A stretch of DNA of 64,000 nt, taken from assembly GCA_035468565.1 (NCBI GenBank), contig DATISS010000181.1, positions 8,027 through 72,026 of the forward strand, in the 5' to 3' direction. The notes beneath the pieces were generated by a model that searched no databases, was not told where the DNA came from, and saw only the letters and a list, made by a program, of their open reading frames with translations. Numbering within the stretch: the first letter of the stretch is position 1; the number at the start of each line of letters is the position of its first letter. This stretch comes from Planococcus sp. (in: firmicutes) (lineage in GTDB: Bacteria > Bacillota > Bacilli > Bacillales_A > Planococcaceae). The translations under genes were made by a program, and so were the position numbers. Positions 47,564-57,654 of this stretch are shown here, piece by piece.

Positions 47564-48295
47564 ATGGTTATTGAATTGATGAAATCCCACGCTTCAGTGC
47601 GTGATTACAAAGACAAGCAATTGAGCCGGGAGGAGCTAAGCGAACTGATCGAGGCTGCCCAGCACGCAGCAACATCGCATTTTGTGCAAGCCTATTCAAT
47701 CGTATGGGTGACGGACCGGGACAAGCGCAAAAAGCTCGGCGAATTGTCCAAAAATGCACAGCAAATGGAAGGCGCGGGTGCAGTTCTTTTGATGTGCGCC
47801 GATTACAACCGCTTGAAGCATGCTGTTGAATTGCAGGGAGAATCGATTGTCTTCGACCAAGCGGAAAACCTGCTCGTTGCAGTAACGGACGTCGGGCTGC
47901 TGGCACAGAATCTGGCGCTTGCGGCGGAATCGAAAGGCTACGGCATCTGCTATATCGGGGGTGTGCGCAATAATATGGAAGCGATCAGCGACTTGGTCGG
48001 CCTGCCTGATGGCGTTTTTCCTATCTATGGTTTGACGATCGGCGTGCCGAACGAAGCGAATGAAGTGAAACCTCGTTTGCCGGTGGAAGCGATTTTGCAT
48101 GAAAATGAATACGATGAAGAAAAATACAGCACGTTATTGCCGGCATATGATGCTACGATGCAAAAGTATTACGAAGCGCGCAGCACCAACCAAAAACAGG
48201 CGACGTGGACGCAGCAGATGGCGCAGTTCCTCAGCAAGGCGCGGCGCCCTGACATCAAGGAAGTGCTTGCGAAAAAAGGATACCATTTTAAATGA
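47564..48295 (+). CDS. nfsA: Oxygen-insensitive NADPH nitroreductase (NfsA/NfrA)
   Basis: HASVRDY, ATSHFVQAYS, AESKGYGICYIGGVR and KPRLP motifs. Confidence 0.92.
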   Translation: MVIELMKSHASVRDYKDKQLSREELSELIEAAQHAATSHFVQAYSIVWVTDRDKRKKLGELSKNAQQMEGAGAVLLMCADYNRLKHAVELQGESIVFDQAENLLVAVTDVGLLAQNLALAAESKGYGICYIGGVRNNMEAISDLVGLPDGVFPIYGLTIGVPNEANEVKPRLPVEAILHENEYDEEKYSTLLPAYDATMQKYYEARSTNQKQATWTQQMAQFLSKARRPDIKEVLAKKGYHFK

Positions 48296-48300
48296 GGGGG

Positions 48301-48921
48301 ATGAATATGGATATCGCGATTTTCGGTGCGACTGGACGCGTCGGAGGGGAGATTCTAAAGCTGGCCCTGGCGGACGGCCACCGAGTCAAAGCGCTCGTGC
48401 GCTCGACAACACTCCAACCGCATCCGAATTTAGAAATGATTGTTGGCGACGTGCGCAACGCTGAAGATGTTGAACGGGTGATTGCCGGCACTGGAGCGGT
48501 TTTCAGTGCAATCGGAACCGATCGTACAACGACCTTGTCGGAAGCAGCTCCATTAATTTCTGAAGCGATGGAAAAGCACGGCGTTTCCCGCATCATTGCA
48601 ATCGGCACAGCGGGCATCCTTGACAGCCGGCTGTCGCCGGGGTTGCTTCGCTATCAAGGCGGCGACTCCAACCGCAAGATGACGTTTGCAGCAGAAGAAC
48701 ATGAAAAGATGTACCGCGAGCTGGAAAAAAGCGCATTGGACTGGACGGTCGTATGCCCGACTTATCTGCCGGACGGCGAAGCCCGTGGCAATTACCGGAC
48801 AGAAGAGGGGCTGCTTCCTGAAGGCGGCAAAGAGATTACAGTGGGCGACACGGCTGCTTTTGCCTATAAATTGCTCGAGCATCCGGAATTCATGCGGCGC
48901 CGGGTCGGCCTTGCGTATTAA
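48301..48921 (+). CDS. NAD(P)H-binding oxidoreductase (flavin/biliverdin reductase-like atypical SDR)
   Basis: GATGRVG Rossmann motif; DWTVVCP. Confidence 0.85.
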   Translation: MNMDIAIFGATGRVGGEILKLALADGHRVKALVRSTTLQPHPNLEMIVGDVRNAEDVERVIAGTGAVFSAIGTDRTTTLSEAAPLISEAMEKHGVSRIIAIGTAGILDSRLSPGLLRYQGGDSNRKMTFAAEEHEKMYRELEKSALDWTVVCPTYLPDGEARGNYRTEEGLLPEGGKEITVGDTAAFAYKLLEHPEFMRRRVGLAY

Positions 48922-48945
48922 AGGGACAGTGAGGAGCTGGAACTT

Positions 48946-49668
48946 ATGGTGAAATGGAGCGTCCGGCTGTTGCTGGCAGCTATCGCCTTGCTTTTGGCGG
49001 CAATTGCCGGTTTTGTGATTTATGCGCAATTCGATTATGGACCAAGCGCGGAACTAAAAGAACGCGTGGATGTTGAATCGCTCGAGAGGGATGAATCAGG
49101 CCTTATTTTCCGGGCGGAAAAAACGAACGGCAAGGGCATCATCCTGTATCAGGGAGCGAAAGTGGAAGCTGCCGCATACGCCTATTTGGCTGGAAAACTA
49201 CAATCGGCAGGCTATACGGTCTCCATACCGGATATGCCGCTGAAGTTTCCGATTCTGGCTGCGGGCAAAGCTGACGAGGTGATCGCAGCCCATCCGGCAG
49301 TCGAAAAATGGTTTATTGGCGGCCATTCCCTTGGCGGTGTAGCCGCTGCCCAATACGCGGAAGAACATCAGGACGAACTGGGCGGCCTTTATTTTTTGGC
49401 TGCATATCCGACCGGCGATTTTGCGTTAAGTGATTTGCCGATGCTGTCTGTCTCTGCAGAGAATGATGGATTGACGGTTCCACAAGATATCGAAGAGCGG
49501 CAGATGCTGTTCTCGGCCAATAGTGAATTCATCGAGATAGCTGGCGGCAATCATGCGCAATTCGGCTTATATGGTGAGCAGAAAAACGATTTGCCTGCCG
49601 ACATCGGCCCGTACGAGCAGCAAGACCAAGTGGCCGAAGCTTTAATCGACTGGATGGCCAATAAATAA
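48946..49668 (+). CDS. Membrane-anchored alpha/beta hydrolase
   Basis: GHSLGG nucleophile elbow; DG acid; GGNHAQFG. Confidence 0.88.
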   Translation: MVKWSVRLLLAAIALLLAAIAGFVIYAQFDYGPSAELKERVDVESLERDESGLIFRAEKTNGKGIILYQGAKVEAAAYAYLAGKLQSAGYTVSIPDMPLKFPILAAGKADEVIAAHPAVEKWFIGGHSLGGVAAAQYAEEHQDELGGLYFLAAYPTGDFALSDLPMLSVSAENDGLTVPQDIEERQMLFSANSEFIEIAGGNHAQFGLYGEQKNDLPADIGPYEQQDQVAEALIDWMANK

Positions 49669-49780
49669 AGGCAAGTATTTTGCTAGTTTTGATTTTTAAG
49701 GCGGAATCCTTCTTTGGCACGCATAATGCCCATCGAAAAAGGGAATAAGCCAGTAAATGATATTTTCTGGAGGGATTTCC

Positions 49781-50200
49781 ATGACGGAGCTTTTGGACAA
49801 GGAACAAGTGTTGATGGCATATTACGCCCAATATTACCGCGGGGCTTCAACAGATGAAGTGAAAGCGTTGGACGCCAGGCTTTCTGAAGGATTGGGCCAG
49901 GAACGCTACACGGAATTGATGAAAGAATTGATCGATGAAGGGTTGGCCATCGGCATTGAAGAAGTGGAAAAGCGGGAACAGCAAGGCGTTCCTGCGCCTA
50001 TGGCGACAAATGAAGGGATGCTCTACATAAACAACGTGCTGAATCTCCAGTCTGACGCAGTTGAAGAGCATCAGCTCGATTATCTCCAAAACCATCTGGA
50101 GACAAGCGGATTGGAATTGACGCTTGAACCCGTCAAAAGTTTTATCCGGGAAGCAGTAGATAAGGAAGCGGATGAAGAACCTAATTCCAACCGCCCTTGA
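49781..50200 (+). CDS. Acidic hypothetical protein
   Basis: GGAGGG RBS before ATG 49781; followed by a terminator. Confidence 0.75.
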   Translation: MTELLDKEQVLMAYYAQYYRGASTDEVKALDARLSEGLGQERYTELMKELIDEGLAIGIEEVEKREQQGVPAPMATNEGMLYINNVLNLQSDAVEEHQLDYLQNHLETSGLELTLEPVKSFIREAVDKEADEEPNSNRP

Positions 50201-50214
50201 ATAGAAGCGCATAG

Positions 50215-50249
50215 AAAAACCGCCTTTCCGAAATGGAAAGGCGGTTTTC
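50215..50249. terminator. Bidirectional terminator
   Basis: AAAACCGCCTTTCC / GGAAAGGCGGTTTT. Confidence 0.75.
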
Positions 50250-50253
50250 GCTG

Positions 50254-50508
50254 TTACAGGCCCAAGACGAAAAATGCCAGGAAGATCGTCAGTACGACGA
50301 TTGTATTGGTAATCGCCGCAGTGCGTTTGGAAACTGGTTCATCCAGAGCTGGAACCCGGTCGACTACTTTCATCAAGACGAAAATAAGGCCGGCGGTGAG
50401 CAATAAAGTTACCAAGAGATTCATATCGTATACCCGGACATCGATAAAGCGGATCAAGACGACCGAGAAAGCGAGGACCATGCCATTGACAAGATTTTTC
50501 CGTTTCAT
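50254..50508 (-). CDS. Small three-TM membrane protein
   Basis: Three hydrophobic segments; the start overlaps the methyltransferase stop. Confidence 0.75.
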   Translation of the reverse strand: MKRKNLVNGMVLAFSVVLIRFIDVRVYDMNLLVTLLLTAGLIFVLMKVVDRVPALDEPVSKRTAAITNTIVVLTIFLAFFVLGL

Positions 50509-51662
50509 AGGAGCTCCTTTAATTCGTTTTCAAGAAAAGGTGTTGCGGAAAGCAGTCCGGTAAATTCCTTGTACCGCTGGAATTGGCCAGGTACCGGCTT
50601 GCGGCCAGTTTTATAGGCGCGGATCAAAATGTTTTTCGGGGTATTCTCGATGTCGATAAACTCCATCAATTGCGTTTCATAGCCGACAAGTGACAGCAGC
50701 TCCGCACGGATGGAGTCAGTCGCCAGTGCGCTGAAGCGCTCTTTGATCAAACCATGCTGGAGCATGACCCCGAGTTCTGGCGCATCGATTTGGCTATTCA
50801 GTTCATGCTGGCAGCAAGGGACGCTCAAAATGACTTTGGCGTTCCACTTTACGGCGCGCGATAAAGCCATATCCGTCGCTACATCGCAAGCGTGCAGCGT
50901 GACGACCATGTCTACTGCGGATTCCTCGTTGTAATCGTTGATGTCGCCGACCAAAAACTCCAACTGGCTGTATGAAAGGTCGTCGGCGATGCGCTGGCAT
51001 TCCTCAATGACTTCCTTTTTCAAATCGAGTCCGGTGACGCGCAGATCAAGCCCTTTTTCCACGCGCAAGTAATGGTACAAGGCAAACGTTAAATACGATT
51101 TGCCGGAACCGAAATCGAGAATCCGCACCGCCTGGTCTTTCGGAAGATGCTCAAGTGCATCATCGATGAATTCAATAAAGCGATTGATCTGGCGGAATTT
51201 ATCGTATTTTTGCTTTTTTACGGTACCGTCGGAATTTTGGACGCCGAGGCGCACCAGGAACGGATAGGGGGTGCCGTCCTCCAACAGGTAGCGTTTCTTG
51301 CGGTTATGTGAAAGCTCAGCGGATTTTTCCGCCGTCCCTTCGGTTTTCCACGAAACCTTGAACTTCTTCGACAATTGGAGCTGCACTTTTTCTGCCGTGA
51401 ATTGGAAGAGCCCCTGCCGGAAATCTTCGAACAAAGATTCGAGTTTCGCGGCTGCTTCATCCAGAGACAGGTTTTCATGTTTCAATATATGTTCATATTG
51501 GTATTCGAATTGAATGAAGTATTGGTTTTTGATTTCCACAGGCTTCAGTTTGATGCGTTTGATGTCATGTGATTTTAAGCGCGGCTGGCTGATGGTGGCG
51601 GCCACCAGTTCCTGACGGCAAATGCGGGCTGACAATTGTTCGTTCATAGTTTGGATGTCCAT
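50505..51662 (-). CDS. Class I SAM-dependent methyltransferase (Methyltransf_32-like)
   Basis: ILDFGSGKSYLTF, VTLHACDVATD, SVPCCQHE, TPKN motifs. Confidence 0.88.
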   Translation of the reverse strand: MDIQTMNEQLSARICRQELVAATISQPRLKSHDIKRIKLKPVEIKNQYFIQFEYQYEHILKHENLSLDEAAAKLESLFEDFRQGLFQFTAEKVQLQLSKKFKVSWKTEGTAEKSAELSHNRKKRYLLEDGTPYPFLVRLGVQNSDGTVKKQKYDKFRQINRFIEFIDDALEHLPKDQAVRILDFGSGKSYLTFALYHYLRVEKGLDLRVTGLDLKKEVIEECQRIADDLSYSQLEFLVGDINDYNEESAVDMVVTLHACDVATDMALSRAVKWNAKVILSVPCCQHELNSQIDAPELGVMLQHGLIKERFSALATDSIRAELLSLVGYETQLMEFIDIENTPKNILIRAYKTGRKPVPGQFQRYKEFTGLLSATPFLENELKELL

Positions 51663-51795
51663 TCGATTTCCTTTCGTTGCACATAATGCTTCCATTTTAT
51701 CATGGCTGGCTAGAAAAGGGAGATTGCAGCGTTTAGAAAAATCCGCTTCTGACAATCACATAATTTAGAATGTTGTGATAAAATCATAAGTGGAT

Positions 51796-51809
51796 TGAAA
51801 ACGTTTACA
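51796..51809. promoter_or_regulatory. Catabolite-responsive element (CcpA cre)
   Basis: TGAAAACGTTTACA fits TGWAANCGNTNWCA exactly, just upstream of the acyl-CoA synthetase RBS. Confidence 0.7.
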
Positions 51810-51820
51810 TCAAGGGGGGA

Positions 51821-53470
51821 ATGGAAATGGCTATTTTACAAAAGACGGTCGGCCAAGTTGTGCGCGAGCAGGCGGCGCTGCATCCTGAAACAGAGGCATA
51901 CGTCTATCCGGAGCATGGTATCCGGAAAACCTATAAGGAATTTGACGAGGAAACGGACCGCCTTGCAAAAGCATTCATGGGAATCGGCATCGGCAAGGGA
52001 GAGCATATCGCCATCTGGTCTGACAACAAGCGGGAATGGCTGCTGAGCCAATTCGCCACCGGCAAAATGGGCGGCGTGCTGGTAACCGTCAATACAAGCT
52101 ATCAGTCCAGTGAACTGGAATACTTGCTCAAGCAATCTGATGCTACGACCTTGATATTGGGTGAGGAATTCAAAGGATCGAATTACATCGACATCCTGAA
52201 TGCGGTTTGCCCAGAGCTGGAAACGTCCGAGAAAGGTGCTGTAGAGTGCAACCGGCTGCCCCATTTCAAACGGGTCATTGTCATGTCTGAAAATGGCTAT
52301 CCGGGCATTTACACTTGGAGCGAATTCGAAGCTTTTGCGAGCGGCGTTTCGGACCAGGAACTGCAAGAACGCTTTGAATCGATGGAGCCGGAAGACGTCA
52401 TCAATATCCAATACACTTCAGGAACGACTGGCTTTCCGAAAGGCGTCATGCTGACGCATTTGAACGTCGTCAACAACGGAAAACTTGTCGGCGATACGAT
52501 GAACCTGACTGAGAAAGATCGGCTGTGCATTCCGGTTCCGTTCTTCCATTGCTTCGGCTGTGTGCTCGGAACAATGGCGGCGGTCACCCATTCGTCCACC
52601 ATGGTCATCGCCGAACAATTCGAACCGAAAAAAGTGCTGCAGATGGTCCAGGACGAAAAATGCACGGCACTTCACGGCGTACCGACGATGTTCATCGCCG
52701 AGTTGAACCATCCGGAATTCGAATCCTTTAATACATCTTCACTGCGCACAGGCATCATGGCCGGTTCGCCGTGCCCGATTGAAGTCATGAAGAAAGTGAT
52801 CAGCGATATGGGAGCAGCAGAAATCACGATTGCGTACGGCCAGACCGAATCATCTCCCGTCATTACACAGACGCGCGCTGACGATGACATCGAAAAACGG
52901 GTGTCGACCGTCGGCAAGCCCCATGCGGAAGTCGAAGTGAAGATCATCGACCCGGCAAGCGGAGAAAAAGTGCCTGCCGGCGTTCCGGGAGAGCTTTGCA
53001 CAAGAGGCTACCATATCATGAAAGGCTATTACCACAACGAGGAAGCGACCCGCAATGCGATTGACAGCGATGGCTGGCTGCATACAGGCGATATTGCCGT
53101 TGAAGACGAAGACGGCTATATTGCCATAACCGGCCGCATGAAAGACATGGTCATCCGGGGAGGAGAGAACATTTATCCGCGCGAAATCGAGGAATTCCTT
53201 TACCGCCATCCGGCTATCCAAGATGTCCAAGTGGTGGGGGTGCCGGATCAGAAATACGGAGAAGAGCTGATGGCGTGGATCATCCTCAAGGAAGGCGAAG
53301 AACTTGATGCTGAGCGGCTGCGCGAATATTGCACCGGCAAAATTTCCCGCCATAAAATACCGCGCTATTTTGAATTCACGAAGGACTATCCGATGACGGC
53401 ATCCGGAAAAATCCAAAAATTCAAGTTGCGTGAGCAAGCAGCTGAACTCAGCCGGAAAGCGGAAGTGTGA
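51821..53470 (+). CDS. AMP-binding acyl-CoA synthetase (YngI/ACSF2-like)
   Basis: YTSGTTGFPKG, AYGQTE, WLHTGD, GRMKDMVIRGGENIYP and C-terminal MTASGKIQK. Confidence 0.92.
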   Translation: MEMAILQKTVGQVVREQAALHPETEAYVYPEHGIRKTYKEFDEETDRLAKAFMGIGIGKGEHIAIWSDNKREWLLSQFATGKMGGVLVTVNTSYQSSELEYLLKQSDATTLILGEEFKGSNYIDILNAVCPELETSEKGAVECNRLPHFKRVIVMSENGYPGIYTWSEFEAFASGVSDQELQERFESMEPEDVINIQYTSGTTGFPKGVMLTHLNVVNNGKLVGDTMNLTEKDRLCIPVPFFHCFGCVLGTMAAVTHSSTMVIAEQFEPKKVLQMVQDEKCTALHGVPTMFIAELNHPEFESFNTSSLRTGIMAGSPCPIEVMKKVISDMGAAEITIAYGQTESSPVITQTRADDDIEKRVSTVGKPHAEVEVKIIDPASGEKVPAGVPGELCTRGYHIMKGYYHNEEATRNAIDSDGWLHTGDIAVEDEDGYIAITGRMKDMVIRGGENIYPREIEEFLYRHPAIQDVQVVGVPDQKYGEELMAWIILKEGEELDAERLREYCTGKISRHKIPRYFEFTKDYPMTASGKIQKFKLREQAAELSRKAEV

Positions 53471-53761
53471 AATACGGGCAGGGAAATGGGAGAGCTTCTC
53501 CTGTTTTCCTGCTTTTTGGACTCTCGGACAATCCGTTCTTGAAAGATCGTCGGGACACGAATCCACTAAAAAACAAGCAATAATGTGAACACCGCTTGGA
53601 TGTCCAGCGGCTTTTTTCGCATTTTGGTGAAAAATCGGCAGTTTGTGAACGCCGCTGTAACAAAATGGTGAATTATCCGTTCTAGCCATGCGCGGGAAAC
53701 GGCAACGCAGGTCAGTTGCTTTATAATGGAGTCATGAGCAATCGAAGGGAAGAATAGGACA

Positions 53762-55483
53762 ATGGAGTTGAAACAGCTCGCATTTGAACAGAGAAAATGG
53801 ATGGTTCTGCTCACGGCAGCATCAATTGGGAAAGGCGTGGCAATGGTCGCACAAGCCTTGTTTTTTGTGCTGGCCGTCAATGGCGTTTTCCTTGAAGATG
53901 CTGCGTTCGCAGAAATCATTCCATATTTATATGGGTTATTGGGCGCCATTATGCTGCGCGCCTTTTGCGGCTATGCAATCGGCCGTGCAGGAGTCGAGTT
54001 GTCGGCCGAAGTGAAAGGGAAGCTGCGCCGCCAACTGATTTCTTCATTTGCTGCGGACCCGCTTTTGGCTTCGGAACATGGCCAATCGGGGCGCAAAGTG
54101 AGCTTGCTCATGGATGCGGTCGATGAAGTGGATGGCTATTTCAGCAAATATATTCCGCAAATGATCCAAACCTACATCATTCCGGTCATGTTGCTGGCAG
54201 TCATTTTTTACCAGCATTGGATAACAGGGCTGATCATTTTAGTGACAGCGCCTTTTATCCCAGTATTCATGGCGCTTGTGGGAATCCGCACAAAAGAAAA
54301 AGCGGACGAACAGATGGAAAAGCTGGGGCAGTTCTCGGGCACGTTTTTGGACGTCCTTCAAGGCCTCACTACATTGAAACTGATGGGACAGGCGGACCGC
54401 CAACAAGAGACCATCAAAAAGAGCAGCCTCGATTTCCGCGATTCCACGATGGAAGTGCTGAAATCCGCATTTTTATCTTCTTTGATGCTCGAGTATATAT
54501 CGATGCTGAGCATGGGGATCATCGCGCTTGAAATCGGGCTGCGCCTTGTCGTATTCGACAGCCTGACTTTCTTTACTGCGTTTTTCGTCATGATTCTTGT
54601 GCCGGATTTTTTCAATATGCTGAAAGATTTCGGCAGTGCGTTCCACACGGGCAGAAGCAGTGCCGCTGCGGCTGGCCGGTTATCAGAGGAATTAACGAAA
54701 AAGACCGAACCGGTCCGTTTCGGGAACACCGAGTTGGCGCAAAGTCCAGGGCGGTTGGAATTGGAAGAACTCGAATTCCAATACGGAGACGGTTTTTCCC
54801 TTGGCCCCGCCACACTGCAGATTCCAGCGTTCAGCCATGTTGCGTTCATCGGCAAAAGCGGCTCGGGCAAAACAACGCTGCTGCATGCGATAGCCGGTCT
54901 GCTGCCGCTGACTGGAGGCCGCCTGCTGGTGGATGGGATGGACAGACAAGACGTATCGGAGCAGTCCTGGTTCAGCCAGATGAGTTATATTTCACAAAAT
55001 CCGTATTTATTCGCCGGGTCTATCAAAGAGAATATCGCTTTGGGCGCCGGACGGAAAGTAGACGACGAAGAAATTATGGCAGCCGCAAAACAAGCGGGAA
55101 TCGCTGAAATGGTCTTGACCTTGAAACAAGGGCTGGATACTCCGGTCGGCGAAGCCGGAAGAGGACTGTCCGGAGGCGAGAAACAGCGTATCGCTTTAGC
55201 GCGTGCTTTCTTAAAGCAACCGTCCCTCATATTGTTCGATGAACCGACAACCGGCCTGGACTTGAAAACCGAACGGATTTTACAAGAATCCATGGCGGAA
55301 CTTGGCAAACGAGCGACCGTACTGACCGTTGCCCATCGGCTCCACACGATCAAAAAGGCTGATATGATTATCGTCCTTGATGGCGGCAAGCTGGCTGGAG
55401 CCGGCTCACACGCGGAACTATTGGTTTCTCAGCCTTTGTACCGGGAAATGATCGACGCGCAATTCGGAGGTGTCCTGCAATGA
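53762..55483 (+). CDS. cydD: Thiol reductant ABC exporter subunit CydD
   Basis: TMD plus NBD; FLDVLQGLTTLK, MEVLKSAFLSS, GKSGSGKTT, LSGGEKQR. Confidence 0.88.
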   Translation: MELKQLAFEQRKWMVLLTAASIGKGVAMVAQALFFVLAVNGVFLEDAAFAEIIPYLYGLLGAIMLRAFCGYAIGRAGVELSAEVKGKLRRQLISSFAADPLLASEHGQSGRKVSLLMDAVDEVDGYFSKYIPQMIQTYIIPVMLLAVIFYQHWITGLIILVTAPFIPVFMALVGIRTKEKADEQMEKLGQFSGTFLDVLQGLTTLKLMGQADRQQETIKKSSLDFRDSTMEVLKSAFLSSLMLEYISMLSMGIIALEIGLRLVVFDSLTFFTAFFVMILVPDFFNMLKDFGSAFHTGRSSAAAAGRLSEELTKKTEPVRFGNTELAQSPGRLELEELEFQYGDGFSLGPATLQIPAFSHVAFIGKSGSGKTTLLHAIAGLLPLTGGRLLVDGMDRQDVSEQSWFSQMSYISQNPYLFAGSIKENIALGAGRKVDDEEIMAAAKQAGIAEMVLTLKQGLDTPVGEAGRGLSGGEKQRIALARAFLKQPSLILFDEPTTGLDLKTERILQESMAELGKRATVLTVAHRLHTIKKADMIIVLDGGKLAGAGSHAELLVSQPLYREMIDAQFGGVLQ

Positions 55484-57186
55484 GTGGATTAAAACAGATG
55501 TTATTTTTGACGTTCCGTGAAAAAAGGGATGTGGCGCTCGCGGTGTTCTTCGGCTTTCTGGCAGGCGTTGCAGGAGTCGCGCTGCTGGCTTCCAGCGGCT
55601 ACTTGATTTCGCGTGCTGCTTTAACTTCCCAGATGACGATTTTAATCATCATGGGTGCGTGCTTAAAACTGTTCGGCCTGGCTTCAGCTTTGAGCCGCTA
55701 CGCGGAAAGGCTGTTTTCGCATCGAGCAACGTTCACGATGCTCAGCAATTTGCGTACGTCTTTTTTTGGAAAACTATCGCCATTGGCACCGGGTATTTTT
55801 AGCCAGTACCGAAGCGGCGATCTGCTGGCGCGCATAGTCGGCGATGTCGAGAGCCTGCAGAATTTTCTGCTGCGCGTCCTTTATCCACCGGTCGTGCTGC
55901 TTCTCGTATTTCTCAGTACAATTTTCTTCAGCGCTTATTTCTCGATTGGGATCGCAGCTGTCATAGCCGCCGGCGCATTCTTGACGGTCTTTGCTATACC
56001 GGCTGTCTTTGCACTGCGGCAACGGACCATCAATAACGCTGCAAGGGCTAGCCGCGCTGCGCTTTCAACAGAGTCGGCCGAGTTGTTGTATGGCTTCCGT
56101 GATTTGAAAATCCATCAGCGGCTCGAACAAAAACAACAGCTGCTGGAGAATTTCTCTGGATATTATGTAGACGAGAAGCGCAAGGAGGGACTCGAAGAAA
56201 ACCTGAGCCAGTCGGTGAATGGGCTGGCCGCGCTCCTGACGTCCTTTTTTGTTCTTGGCCTCGGCGCGTACTTTGTAGCTTCGGGGGAATTGGATGGCTT
56301 GTACCTCGCCATGCTGGTAATGATCTCGTTGGGGGCATTTGAAAACGTCTCGCCAATGGCAGCATTTCCGGCTCATTTCGAAGAAAACCGCAAAGCGGCC
56401 AGCCGTTTGGACGAAGTTGCGCCGGTTGCGCCTTCCTCGAAAGGGAAAGAACTGCCTCCTCTATGGCCGTTCGATATAACGCTAAACAGTGTCAGCTTCA
56501 CTTACGGAGGCGAAGAACGCGCGGCTTTAAGCGATATCTCGCTGCATATTGCGGCAGGTACGAAAACTGCAATTGTCGGTCCGAGCGGCTCAGGAAAATC
56601 CACGCTCATCCAGCTTCTGTTGAATATCGTTGAGCCAAGTAAGGGGACAATCCAGCTTGGCGGACGCGAACTTGGAACACTTGACCAAGAAGAAGTATGG
56701 AAAAGCATGAATGCCGTGCTTCAGGAAAATCATTTCTTTTTCGGAACCATCAAAAGCAATCTGCTGATTGCCAATGAATTAGCGTCCGATGAACAATTGG
56801 AAGCGGCGTTGTCGCAGGTCCAGCTGGATGAATTGGCGCTGTCGATGAAAGTGGGCGAAAGGGGCCAAAATCTATCCGGTGGCCAAAAGCAGCGCTTGGC
56901 TATTGCCCGGGCAATACTTCGTAGAAAGCCGCTCTGGCTGCTTGATGAGCCGGTCTCTTCAGTAGATGGCGTCACTGCGCAAGCCATTTATTCGGAGCTT
57001 TTTAGCCGCGGAAAAGGGGAGTCTTTCATCATCGTGAGCCACGATTTAGCTGCCCTTAGCCAGGTGGACCAGATTATTGTCATGGATGGCGGAAGGATTG
57101 CTGAAAGCGGGACCTACAGCGACTTGATGCGAAAAAAAGCTTATTTCTATGAATTGAAGCAAATTGAAAGAGATGTCTTTGCCTAA
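55480..57186 (+). CDS. cydC: Thiol reductant ABC exporter subunit CydC
   Basis: SGYLISRAA, RYAERLFSHRATF, GDLLARIVGDVE; ATGA overlap with cydD. Confidence 0.88.
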   Translation: MSGLKQMLFLTFREKRDVALAVFFGFLAGVAGVALLASSGYLISRAALTSQMTILIIMGACLKLFGLASALSRYAERLFSHRATFTMLSNLRTSFFGKLSPLAPGIFSQYRSGDLLARIVGDVESLQNFLLRVLYPPVVLLLVFLSTIFFSAYFSIGIAAVIAAGAFLTVFAIPAVFALRQRTINNAARASRAALSTESAELLYGFRDLKIHQRLEQKQQLLENFSGYYVDEKRKEGLEENLSQSVNGLAALLTSFFVLGLGAYFVASGELDGLYLAMLVMISLGAFENVSPMAAFPAHFEENRKAASRLDEVAPVAPSSKGKELPPLWPFDITLNSVSFTYGGEERAALSDISLHIAAGTKTAIVGPSGSGKSTLIQLLLNIVEPSKGTIQLGGRELGTLDQEEVWKSMNAVLQENHFFFGTIKSNLLIANELASDEQLEAALSQVQLDELALSMKVGERGQNLSGGQKQRLAIARAILRRKPLWLLDEPVSSVDGVTAQAIYSELFSRGKGESFIIVSHDLAALSQVDQIIVMDGGRIAESGTYSDLMRKKAYFYELKQIERDVFA

Positions 57187-57224
57187 AAAAGCATGCCGCA
57201 AGGTCAAACGCGGCATGCTTTTTT
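57185..57224. terminator. Bidirectional terminator
   Basis: AAAAAAGCATGCCGC / GCGGCATGCTTTTTT. Confidence 0.78.
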
Positions 57225-57225
57225 C

Positions 57226-57456
57226 TTATTTTTTCAACAGATCCTGCCCTTTTTGCTCCTGCTCCAATTTCATCTTTTCAAGTTCGAGGCGCAGCTTCTC
57301 GGTTTCTAGGATGAAGTTTTCGTGTTTGATTTTTTCGAGCTCCTGCTCTTCCATAATCCATTGATTTTTCATTTCGGCGTGTTTGAGCCAGTAGGAACCG
57401 ATAATAGCGACTAGAGGGATTGAAAAAATCATGATGATTGTCAGTGTGCCAGTCAT
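57226..57456 (-). CDS. Small membrane-anchored coiled-coil protein
   Basis: N-terminal TM plus EKLRLELEK coiled coil; AGAGG RBS. Confidence 0.7.
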   Translation of the reverse strand: MTGTLTIIMIFSIPLVAIIGSYWLKHAEMKNQWIMEEQELEKIKHENFILETEKLRLELEKMKLEQEQKGQDLLKK

Positions 57457-57534
57457 AAAAACACCTCTCTTCCATATTTCTTCTTATTTCCAGTATACTG
57501 CATTTGCAAAAAAGCACTAAGTGAGGTTTGCGAA

Positions 57535-57556
57535 ATACATGACAAGTGTCATGTAT
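57535..57556. promoter_or_regulatory. Palindromic operator upstream of des (candidate DesR site)
   Basis: ATACATGACA-AG-TGTCATGTAT, perfect 10-2-10 inverted repeat about 100 bp upstream of des. Confidence 0.65.
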
Positions 57557-57654
57557 TAAACAGGCGTTTATGCCTTTTTTGTCAGTGCAGGAATCTTTAT
57601 GATTAGGATAATAAGTTATCCAGCCGCTTGGGCATGGATAGTAGGAGGAAGAGC

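Noticed and set aside
51755-51779. ATCACA-N13-TGTGAT inverted repeat upstream of the acyl-CoA synthetase
   Set aside because: A 6-bp arm pair is expected by chance in AT-rich promoter DNA, and there is no adjacent regulator to support it.
52850-53689. 279-aa antisense ORF over the acyl-CoA synthetase
   Set aside because: Shadow ORF with no protein-like features; crosses the gene end without a plausible start context.
53620-53700. Possible Rex or Fnr box upstream of cydD
   Set aside because: Only TTGTGAA/TGGTGAA half-sites are present, with no correctly spaced TTCACAA.
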